Source: Halomicronema hongdechloris C2206
GTDB lineage: Bacteria > Cyanobacteriota > Cyanobacteriia > Phormidesmidales > Phormidesmidaceae
Assembly: GCF_002075285.3 (NCBI RefSeq)
Contig: NZ_CP021983.2
Location: 3,840,001-3,872,000 of the forward strand
Direction of reading: 5' to 3'
Length of the DNA stretch: 32,000 bases
This document shows, one piece after another, positions 9,391 through 17,610 of the stretch (within the stretch, counting starts at the first letter, position 1; every line of letters starts with the position of its first letter). Below the pieces are notes generated by a model that searched no databases, was not told the origin of the DNA, and saw only the letters and a list, made by a program, of their open reading frames with translations. A program made the position numbers and the translations under genes.

Positions 9391-9425
9391 AACGGGCTGA
9401 ATTGCACAGTTAGCGACAGGATCTA

Positions 9426-9431
9426 AAGGAG
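9426..9431 (+). promoter_or_regulatory. Shine-Dalgarno-like AAGGAG, 7 nt upstream of the TpsA ATG
   Basis: Read directly. It supports the start at 9439 over the internal Met at 9484. Confidence 0.6.
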
Positions 9432-9438
9432 CAACGTC

Positions 9439-12400
9439 ATGGGTTACGCATCACCACAGACAGAGAACACTACTGGTTTGATAATGCAGCTGGGCCGACT
9501 AGGTATCCAGGCATTGTTGGTGGCGTTGCCGATGACTGGGCTATGGGTGGGGGGATTGCCTGGCTTTGCTCAATCCATTATTCCGGCAGCGGATGGGACA
9601 GCCACGATCGTGACGCAGGATGGGGAGCGCTACATCATTGATGGCGGCACCTTGTCAGGTGATGGCGCGAATCTGTTCCATAGCTTTCAGGAACTGGGGC
9701 TGTCAGCGAATGAGATTGCCACGTTTTTGTCTGACCCGACGATTCAAAATATTCTGAGCCGGGTTATCGGAGGTGATCCGTCGATTATTGATGGGCTGTT
9801 ACAGGTGTCGGGAGGTAACTCGAACCTGTTTTTGATGAATCCGGCGGGGATTGTATTTGGCCCAAATGCTCGGCTGGACTTGTCGGGGTCGTTTAGTGCG
9901 ACAACAGCAACAGGCATTGAGTTTGCTGAAGGCTGGTTTGATGCCATTGAGGCAGGTGACTTTACGACCCTGACGGGAAACCCTATCGCGTATCGGTTTG
10001 GGGTGGGGGAACCGGGGGCGATCGTCAATGCCGGAACGCTGGCGGTTGAGCCTGGGCAGGGAGTGTCGCTGGTGGGCGGCACGGTGATCAATACGGGGAC
10101 GATTGAAGCTCCGGGGGGACAAATCACGGTAACGGCGGTGCCAGGGACCAGTCGAGTGCGGTTGCAGCAGCCGGGATGGGTGGTGGCGCTGGAGGTGGAT
10201 GTGGCGCTGCTGGCAGAAAGTGGCGCGTCGGCCATTGCCCCATGGGATTTGCCGAGGCTGCTGACCGAGGGAGCACCGGGCATCGAGACGGGATTGGTGT
10301 TGGCGGCGGATGGCTCGGTGCAGTTGGCGGAGTCCGGGGTGATGGTGCCGAGTGGAGGGGCGACGAGCATTGTGTCGGGGCAATTAGATGCGGCGAATAG
10401 AGCGTCGGGACAGACCGGGGGTGAAATTGCGGTTTTGGGCGATCGGGTTGGCTTAGTCGGTGCTGAGGTAGATGCATCGGGCGATGCGGGTGGTGGTCGT
10501 GTGCTGGTGGGGGGTGAGTTTCAGGGCAACGGGATGTTGCCAAATGCAGAGCGGACGTATATAAGTGAGGATTCGAGCATTCAGGCTGATGGAGGGACAA
10601 CAGGTGATGGGGGCGAAGTGATCGTTTGGGCGGATGAGGTGACAAGATTTTATGGGGGGATTAGTGCCCAAGGTGGGAACGAATCGGGTAACGGTGGATT
10701 TGTCGAGGTATCAGGTGCAGAAACTCTGACGTTTCGAGGAGAAGTTAATACGAGTGCTCCAAACGGGGAAGCCGGGACGTTGCTACTAGACCCTGAAAAT
10801 ATTGTGATTGTCGATGGAGCGGGAACTGATGATGGTCAGATTATTGATGGCGAAATACTGGCTGGAGATGGTCCTAGTGATACCTTCACAATTTCAGAAA
10901 TTGCTTTAGAAAATTTAGGGTCAGATACCAATGTCATTTTAGAAGCAACTAATGATATTACTATTAACGATTTGACCGATGATGCTTTAGCGTTTTCGGA
11001 AGGCCCTGGTGGTTCAATAATTTTTAACGCCGGCAATGATTTTATAATGCTTGATATAGAAGGAGATAGCGTTTTTGCAGGAGGCATTTTAGGAGAAGGT
11101 GATCAAATCGTTGCCTTTGATCGCAACATTTCAATTTCTGCTGGTGGAGATGTAATTATTGGTACGATAAATACGCTTACTCCTTCAGCTTTTCCTTCAA
11201 CTAATGATGCTGGTTCTATCAATGTTAGTTCTGAAAATGGAAGTATTGCTGTAAATATATTAGACAGTCGGTCTCCTGATGGAAGCGGAGGTGAGATATC
11301 ACTTGATGCATTTGGTGACATTACTGTCAATAACGCAATATTTTCACTCGGAGTTTTTGATGGAGTTGGAGGAGACGTCACTATAACTAGCCGAGCTGGT
11401 CAAATAAGCATCCCCCGCCTTAATACCCGTGGAAGTGCATCTGCTGGAAATATATTTGTTTCTGCACTTGGTGATATTGCAATTGATGATACTGCTGCTG
11501 CACCAGCTAATGCTTCAGCAGATAATGTCGGTGGCAACGTCGAAATCTTCAGTGAAGAGGGAAATATATTCATCCCAGATGGTATTTCCTCAAGTTCCAG
11601 TAATGGCGATGCTGGCGATATATCTATTATTGGCCTTAATGGATTTATTAATATTGATACAGGAGAAATAAATTCAAGTTCTCTGAACGGTGAAGGCGGC
11701 AATATACTAATACAAGCTTTGGGAAATATTACAACTTCTGACGTCACTTCTCGAATCCCTGTCGAAGACAATAACGGTCTCCCAAATCTAGGCACTGGCA
11801 CTGCAGGTGATATCACAATCAGAAGTCTTGCAGGTTCGATTGACACAACTAATCAAACCAACTTTGCAGGCATTGATGCGCGATCTAACAGCGGGCAGGG
11901 AGGCAACATTATTCTCGAAGCTGCAGGGGATATCAGAACGGCTGATGTGGCTTCGTGGATTAGCATCACTAACAACGGCAGCGGCACAGCAGGCGACATT
12001 TTGATCAGGAGTTTGAATGGGGCTGTCGATACCACTGCTCAGGTCAATGATGGGGTCTTGGCTAACTCCAATAACGGCACCGCAGGCAGCTTAACCATTG
12101 AAGCGGCAGGCGATGTCCGAACAGGTGATATTGGCGCTTCCATTGCAGATACCAATAACGGTAGTGGCTTTGCAGGTACGGTGACCGTCAGAAGCGCAAA
12201 CGGATCAATCGACACGAGGGCCGGTAATGTCGCTGCTCGCAGTCAAAACGGCACTGCTGGCAGCGTCACCCTTGAAGCCGAGAATGGCAGCGTCTTCACG
12301 AGTGATATTGATGTTGATGGTTTAACTGGAGGTGACCTCAGAATCATTGCCGAAACCGCGATTACCACTCTGGAGCTCGATACGAGCGGCTCCACTGGCA

Positions 12401-14316
12401 GCGGCGGCAATGTCTTCCTAGATCCGTTAGAAGACGTAGAGGTCTCATTTATTGATGCTCAAGGGGGACTGGCAGGTGTTGGCGGCGAAGTTGATATCAC
12501 TACCGGGCGTTTCTTTCGCGCTACTGGCACCTTCATCGACCAAAATGGTATTGAAGCAAGCATTTCTAGTGCTGGAGGCCAAGGTGGCGGGCCGATCACC
12601 ATTCGTCATGGAGGTGGCTTACAGGGAACTTCCTTTGACGTTGGCGATGCCACTGTTAATGGCACTGCCGGAGCAATCACTTCCGCTGCTGATAACGTCA
12701 TTGCGCCCACTCAGTCTTTCCCCACGTCTTACACGCAGGGCAATATCCGCATCCTCACCCCTTCCCCCAACGTGGTTGAAACTCAAACCCAGCCTGCTAT
12801 CCCAGAGGTGACAGATCCTGAGTCTCCAGCCGCCAAACTGGTGGCGCAAATAGAGACAGTTCTCACCTCAGATGTTCAAACCTACTTTGGACGCACAGGC
12901 GAAGATACGCCGATCAAAACCCTCAGCGTGATCCAAAGTGAACTCAACCGGGTAGAGGCACAAACCGGTTCCGTAAAACCAGCGGTGATTTATGCCTTTT
13001 TTGTGAATTCTCAAATTGATACCGAGAGGCTTGCCGAAATTGTCAACAAGAATCCTCAACCTTCCGGGCAAGTGGAAGAATCGCCTGATATCCAATGGCG
13101 ATACTCTTCTGACCGACAAGGCACCGCTTACTCTACCATTAGCCCCTATGTCTCTCAAGCGGAAGAAGTCTCTGAAAAATTGGTGTTAATGGTCATCACT
13201 GCCGATGGTCCGCCAAAACTGTTCCCTACCGAGGTTACCTTTGAGCAAATTGATTCTGCTGTACAAAATCTCAATGCTCAACTGAGTCAGGATTTTGGCA
13301 GCGATCGCTGGGAACCCCATGCCCGCTCCATGCATAACTATTTGATTGAGCCCATCGAAACCATGCTTGAAGATCAGGGCATCAACAACTTACTCTTCGT
13401 CATGGACGCCAATCTCCGGCATCTTCCTTTAGCGGCTTTCCTCCCAGGTAATGATAATGATGATGCGATCAGCGATTTGCAAAGTGATGCAGAAATCGCC
13501 AGCAGACTCCGCTCAACTCCGTTGTCGCTGCTCAAGAGTGCTGATGGTCGCTACCTAATCGAAGATTACAGCGTCGGCTTAGTCCCTAGTATGAGTCTGA
13601 CCGATACTCGCTATCGAGATGTCAGCCAAGATCCCTTTCTGGCGATGGGAACCGATGATTTCTCTCAATCCGAAGATCGGCTCAGTGCTTTGAAGGGAGC
13701 TCGTACCGAAATTGAGTTCCTAGAAACCATCTGGCGTGGAGAAGTCGAAGTACCTGATCAGGCAGAGTTCACGATCGGCAACTTACAGTCCTTGTTGCAG
13801 CAGCAAGATTTTCGCATCGTTCACTTGGCAACCCATGCTCAGTTCAAAGACAGTGAAGCCCATAATTCGTACATTCACTTCGCGGGAACGGAGCGGCTGT
13901 TTCTAGATGAGTTGCCTACGACATTAGACTTGCATGACATTGAGCTTCTAACCCTGAGCGCCTGTGAAACAGCCCTCGGCGACAGAGAAGCTGAACTGGG
14001 ATTTGCTGGGCTAGCATATCAAGCCGGTGCCAAGTCAGCACTAGCTAGCCTAGTACAAGTTTCAGACGTGGGCACGGCAGCACTGATGGCTCAGTTTTAT
14101 ACCAACCTCAGTAATGCCCCCATCAAGGCTGAAGCCTTGCGAGAGGCCCAACTTGCTATGTTAAACAGGCGAGTCTATGTCCAAGAGGGGCACATCTATG
14201 GTGAGGGGTTAGAAGCGGGTTTTCCGCTTCAGGAACCTCTAACAGCCTCTAGCTATCAAAGCTTTGAGCATCCCTATTATTGGGCTTGGTTTACCGTAGT
14301 CGGCAGCCCCTGGTAG
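9439..14316 (+). CDS. Two-partner-secretion exoprotein (filamentous haemagglutinin N-terminal TPS domain + beta-helical repeats) with a C-terminal CHAT caspase-like peptidase domain
   Basis: Signal peptide present. TPS-domain motifs NLFHSFQELGL and NPAGIVFGPNA. GGFVEVSG...GTLLLDPENIVIV. Degenerate repeats of about 58-68 aa span roughly 11695-12320. CHAT dyad: VHLATHAQF (His codon 13834-13836) and LTLSACETA (Cys codon 13963-13965). Confidence 0.9.
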   Translation: MGYASPQTENTTGLIMQLGRLGIQALLVALPMTGLWVGGLPGFAQSIIPAADGTATIVTQDGERYIIDGGTLSGDGANLFHSFQELGLSANEIATFLSDPTIQNILSRVIGGDPSIIDGLLQVSGGNSNLFLMNPAGIVFGPNARLDLSGSFSATTATGIEFAEGWFDAIEAGDFTTLTGNPIAYRFGVGEPGAIVNAGTLAVEPGQGVSLVGGTVINTGTIEAPGGQITVTAVPGTSRVRLQQPGWVVALEVDVALLAESGASAIAPWDLPRLLTEGAPGIETGLVLAADGSVQLAESGVMVPSGGATSIVSGQLDAANRASGQTGGEIAVLGDRVGLVGAEVDASGDAGGGRVLVGGEFQGNGMLPNAERTYISEDSSIQADGGTTGDGGEVIVWADEVTRFYGGISAQGGNESGNGGFVEVSGAETLTFRGEVNTSAPNGEAGTLLLDPENIVIVDGAGTDDGQIIDGEILAGDGPSDTFTISEIALENLGSDTNVILEATNDITINDLTDDALAFSEGPGGSIIFNAGNDFIMLDIEGDSVFAGGILGEGDQIVAFDRNISISAGGDVIIGTINTLTPSAFPSTNDAGSINVSSENGSIAVNILDSRSPDGSGGEISLDAFGDITVNNAIFSLGVFDGVGGDVTITSRAGQISIPRLNTRGSASAGNIFVSALGDIAIDDTAAAPANASADNVGGNVEIFSEEGNIFIPDGISSSSSNGDAGDISIIGLNGFINIDTGEINSSSLNGEGGNILIQALGNITTSDVTSRIPVEDNNGLPNLGTGTAGDITIRSLAGSIDTTNQTNFAGIDARSNSGQGGNIILEAAGDIRTADVASWISITNNGSGTAGDILIRSLNGAVDTTAQVNDGVLANSNNGTAGSLTIEAAGDVRTGDIGASIADTNNGSGFAGTVTVRSANGSIDTRAGNVAARSQNGTAGSVTLEAENGSVFTSDIDVDGLTGGDLRIIAETAITTLELDTSGSTGSGGNVFLDPLEDVEVSFIDAQGGLAGVGGEVDITTGRFFRATGTFIDQNGIEASISSAGGQGGGPITIRHGGGLQGTSFDVGDATVNGTAGAITSAADNVIAPTQSFPTSYTQGNIRILTPSPNVVETQTQPAIPEVTDPESPAAKLVAQIETVLTSDVQTYFGRTGEDTPIKTLSVIQSELNRVEAQTGSVKPAVIYAFFVNSQIDTERLAEIVNKNPQPSGQVEESPDIQWRYSSDRQGTAYSTISPYVSQAEEVSEKLVLMVITADGPPKLFPTEVTFEQIDSAVQNLNAQLSQDFGSDRWEPHARSMHNYLIEPIETMLEDQGINNLLFVMDANLRHLPLAAFLPGNDNDDAISDLQSDAEIASRLRSTPLSLLKSADGRYLIEDYSVGLVPSMSLTDTRYRDVSQDPFLAMGTDDFSQSEDRLSALKGARTEIEFLETIWRGEVEVPDQAEFTIGNLQSLLQQQDFRIVHLATHAQFKDSEAHNSYIHFAGTERLFLDELPTTLDLHDIELLTLSACETALGDREAELGFAGLAYQAGAKSALASLVQVSDVGTAALMAQFYTNLSNAPIKAEALREAQLAMLNRRVYVQEGHIYGEGLEAGFPLQEPLTASSYQSFEHPYYWAWFTVVGSPW

Positions 14317-14350
14317 AGATGAACCGCTGTGCGAAAGCTCGCCTCTCCGT

Positions 14351-15103
14351 CTAGTTGCTTTCACACAGCTCGGCATAGATTTGGTTTGTGTAGGCATCTT
14401 TTTCAGCAGATTGGCTGAGGTTAAACAGCTCCTGTACGGCATCAGCAAAGAAGTAGGTTTCGCTGTCCGCTCCGGCTGCTGTAATACCACTACCCGGAGT
14501 GTAACTATGGCTAGAAAAGTAGTCTATTCTTTGCCAGGTCAGCGAGTCCCGGTCACTTGAAGCCGATCCACTAGATAAATCGTTCAATGCTGTTTGAACA
14601 TTCTGCCATTCAGCTTGGGGAAGAAGCTGGAACGGTACGGCAAATGGCCTGTCCCCACCTCCATAGATTTCAAAGTAGTATTCTTCTCCAGGCGACAAAT
14701 TTTCCTTGTCATAGGCTATAGAGTGCAGGGTTTGAGCATCTGCATCTTCTGGGATGGATACCGTGTCACTCCATCTAACGTCGTTGACAGTCTCTCCTCT
14801 CACCTGAACTCGCAGCTCGCCTTCGCCACCGAACCAAACAAATAAAGGCTGGTGATGCCAAATGTAGCCACCGTCAGGTGTGATTACACAGATAGGGCCT
14901 CGCGTACTTCCCCCGCGCGACCGTCTAAAAATCTTATCGATGATTGATTGGCTTTTCTCTTGTTGACCGTCAAAATTCAGCACCTGAGAAACTGGAGTGT
15001 TCCCGAATGCTGATTGACTAAAAACGCCTGCCAACATTGCTCCGGTCGCTGGTAATAAGACTGACAGCAATAGTCTTTTTGAATGAGTCCGTAGTAAACG
15101 CAT
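14351..15103 (-). CDS. DUF928-family secreted protein
   Basis: Signal peptide present. An RSRGGSTRGPIC motif followed by PLFVWF matches the remembered DUF928 pattern (R-GGGxRG-C then PTFFWY). Its ATG overlaps the stop of the upstream gene by 1 nt. Confidence 0.65.
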   Translation of the reverse strand: MRLLRTHSKRLLLSVLLPATGAMLAGVFSQSAFGNTPVSQVLNFDGQQEKSQSIIDKIFRRSRGGSTRGPICVITPDGGYIWHHQPLFVWFGGEGELRVQVRGETVNDVRWSDTVSIPEDADAQTLHSIAYDKENLSPGEEYYFEIYGGGDRPFAVPFQLLPQAEWQNVQTALNDLSSGSASSDRDSLTWQRIDYFSSHSYTPGSGITAAGADSETYFFADAVQELFNLSQSAEKDAYTNQIYAELCESN

Positions 15104-17610
15104 CAGAATATCCTCCGGGTAATAGGTCCTAAGTAGTTCAGTAAAACAGTCAAAGGGAATAGAACCGGCAGCAAAACGGGCACCGAAACATAAAGCTGTA
15201 GGCTGAGTAATCCATAGCCAGTGATCGCGAAGAAAGCAGTGCGAATCAATTTTTTGCGTTTCGCCCGTGGCTGTTTCTGTAGCGCTAAAACAGTGCCTTT
15301 GCCCAAAAAGATGGCTAATCCCGTCATTAAATAGTTGGGTACAACTCTAACCTGGTGTCGCTGCAAGAGTTGAGAGGTCATATAGGCATGGAATTCTGAG
15401 CTACTGAAAGACCTGGGCTGATATGCACAGCTTTGTCGTGTCCCCTGGTTTGAGTCCTGGGTATTAGGTCGATTAAGTGATAAACACCACCAATACTCTA
15501 TAGCCAATGGTGGCGAATAGTTATCTTCGGCATCGGCATAGTCACCAGAGCCAATGATGAAAACCTGATCAGAAGATTGCGCAGTTGTGTCAGCATCCGA
15601 TGAACTCTCTTCCAGTAAATTAGAGGCCAATGTTCTTTGATAAAAAAAACTAGGTGGTAGCGAAAAATCGATAATAGATTGCCAACCCAAAAAAGATTTA
15701 TTCTGATGTATGAAGCTTCTTGATTGTTCGTTTTCGGCCAGTACAGTATTGGTTAAGGCGATCACACTCTTACAAAAATCATTACCAACATTTTCAATCT
15801 CTTGATCGCCGACCGCCTGATCCACTTTTTGCCTGAAACTTGTTATATTTGCCGTCGCAGGACTGGCATTTAGACTGTGTGATAAGGCCATCAAATAGCC
15901 GAAAGGGCACAGCTCCTCTAAATCGCTATCGTCTGGGGTGTCAACATCCCATGTGTAGAAGTTAGCGTCACTTCTTAGACTGACTTCCAGTTGTTGTAGC
16001 TCATCGAATACCTCAAGGTTCCGGTCTGAACTTGTTGGTACGACGAACCAGCTACCCTGCTCTCGTGACACTTCTCTCATGGTGTCGAGCAGTTGAGAAG
16101 AACCTGCATCAGGATCATCTAATAAATATCCAATGCCAATCGTTTTCGGCTGATAAAGGGAGACTTCATCAACTAGCTCGGCGATAAAAGCTTGGGGCAT
16201 CGGTTCCGCTTCGGTAATACCAGCCATATCTAACGCCCGTTGATCTATCGCGATTAAATGGACGGGCGGTACAGCATCTTCAGCCATTACTGGAACTTGT
16301 TGGGTTATGTCTCGATAAACTGCCTGTAGTGCAACACGCACTTCAACTAGCACATCTTGAACAACGGGTACGGCACCTAACAGCAGCACCGCTCCCGCAG
16401 TGGTTAGCTCCCGCTTGGTGGGTAACCACTTCCTCATCTGCTGCCGCCAAACGTACGACTTGATGCGGTACGGCAGCACCCTTGGTGGGCTGAATAATGA
16501 CGGCACCAGATGAGCCGACGGAAACTTGATATTCTCTGCCGACCTTAGCACCTCGCAGGTCTGCATCATTGCTGTGTGGGCATCTTGATACTCTCGGAGC
16601 CGCTGACAAAACTGGGTCAGAAATTCCTGAGCTGCATCATCGTGAATCTTCTCCCGCATCACGATCGCTTGAATACCTGACCGAGTCAGCGACTGGGCGA
16701 TCGCCAATCCTGAACAGGAATTGAACACTGCTAGCCTTAGCCCCTGACGCTGGGCTGTTTCCAAATGCTCTCGAATGTCATTGACTGACAGACTGACCAT
16801 CGGCGTTAACTTAAACGTGCCACTGGTATTTTCCTGGTCACTGCTATGGCCAGTAAAGAAGAGAACGTCCCATCCGCGATCATCCGCGATCGCCTCAAAT
16901 ACCTTGCGAGTAATGACATGGGGCGCATCCTCTGGCAACCACTTGGCTTTTTTGACATCGGCAACCGGGCGCAAGCCTCGGATGATTTCCCAATCCCCAT
17001 CTACGTCTAGGTGATTATCCTCAGCCACAATGGCTAAAACTCTTGGCTTTTTGAGCGATTCCGGTGGCGGCTGTCCGGCTAATCCTTGAGGGTCATCCCT
17101 CGCTGTGCGAATCACCCGAATTGAGTTGGACGGCAATCCCTGGGGTACGAGCCTTCTGGCCCATGCTTCCCAAGGGAGTTGCTGCAAGCGGCTATCTCCA
17201 CAGGCCAGAAAAACATTCACACCCAACGGCATGGAGGACTCTTCCTCACTGGTTTGAGAAACCTCCAGTAAGGCCGTTTGCAACTGTCGCTCGATTGAGC
17301 GAGTATCCCCAGCACCCAGCCAATCTAGAAAAGTCGTGGTCAGTATATCCTCAGCATTCCTGACCGCCGCTGACGGATCGCCATTAGGACGTACCGAAAA
17401 GGTACCGCTACGAGTCACTGGCTGTTCCGATTGCAGATGATAGTATCTCAGGTACTGCCGCTGCCAACTCTCATAGTCCCGCTGCAGCCTGCCCAGAAAG
17501 GGTTGACTAGCAAACAGATCACGCTTTCCCTCATCCCAGACCAGGTAAAAAACGCAGGAGCCATCGTCCTGAGAGAGTACCTTCAAATCAAACGTTACTT
17601 GCCTCGCCAT
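15103..17610 (-). CDS. CHAT peptidase domain (N-terminal, cytoplasmic) fused to a CHASE2 extracytoplasmic sensor with 1+3 transmembrane helices
   Basis: CHAT dyad in DVLFFTGHSSD (His255) and LAVFNSCSGLA (Cys299). First TM helix around residues 401-417. CHASE2-like motifs VHLIAIDQRALDMAG, TIGIGYLLDD and VFIIGSGDYADAEDNYSPP. Three C-terminal TM helices follow, and the protein ends right after the last one. Confidence 0.8.
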   Translation of the reverse strand: MARQVTFDLKVLSQDDGSCVFYLVWDEGKRDLFASQPFLGRLQRDYESWQRQYLRYYHLQSEQPVTRSGTFSVRPNGDPSAAVRNAEDILTTTFLDWLGAGDTRSIERQLQTALLEVSQTSEEESSMPLGVNVFLACGDSRLQQLPWEAWARRLVPQGLPSNSIRVIRTARDDPQGLAGQPPPESLKKPRVLAIVAEDNHLDVDGDWEIIRGLRPVADVKKAKWLPEDAPHVITRKVFEAIADDRGWDVLFFTGHSSDQENTSGTFKLTPMVSLSVNDIREHLETAQRQGLRLAVFNSCSGLAIAQSLTRSGIQAIVMREKIHDDAAQEFLTQFCQRLREYQDAHTAMMQTCEVLRSAENIKFPSAHLVPSLFSPPRVLPYRIKSYVWRQQMRKWLPTKRELTTAGAVLLLGAVPVVQDVLVEVRVALQAVYRDITQQVPVMAEDAVPPVHLIAIDQRALDMAGITEAEPMPQAFIAELVDEVSLYQPKTIGIGYLLDDPDAGSSQLLDTMREVSREQGSWFVVPTSSDRNLEVFDELQQLEVSLRSDANFYTWDVDTPDDSDLEELCPFGYLMALSHSLNASPATANITSFRQKVDQAVGDQEIENVGNDFCKSVIALTNTVLAENEQSRSFIHQNKSFLGWQSIIDFSLPPSFFYQRTLASNLLEESSSDADTTAQSSDQVFIIGSGDYADAEDNYSPPLAIEYWWCLSLNRPNTQDSNQGTRQSCAYQPRSFSSSEFHAYMTSQLLQRHQVRVVPNYLMTGLAIFLGKGTVLALQKQPRAKRKKLIRTAFFAITGYGLLSLQLYVSVPVLLPVLFPLTVLLNYLGPITRRIF

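Noticed and set aside
9744-10671. Several long ORFs (173-208 aa) on the minus strand and in alternative plus frames inside the 5' part of the TpsA gene
   Set aside because: They lie in the most GC-rich stretch, where stop codons are rare in all frames. Their translations are low-complexity Pro/Arg/His/Ser-rich strings, while the plus-strand frame carries clear TPS-domain motifs.
10800-12320. Periodic repeats that might at first suggest a CRISPR array or other non-coding repeat array
   Set aside because: The repeats are degenerate and of variable length, about 170-200 nt. They are in frame and encode beta-helix-type units of the TpsA protein. There is no short identical repeat/spacer architecture anywhere in the window.
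14317-14350. A bidirectional terminator expected in the 34-nt gap between the convergent TpsA and DUF928 genes
   Set aside because: Only a 4-bp GCGA/TCGC stem can be drawn and there is no U-tract. That is not convincing.
16871-16890. Perfect 10-bp tandem CATCCGCGAT x2 inside the CHAT-CHASE2 gene
   Set aside because: The unit length is not a multiple of three, yet the reading frame and the flanking domains are intact. It is therefore not a recent disruptive duplication. It looks like a by-product of the GCGATC (HIP1-like) sequence encoding AIADDRGW.
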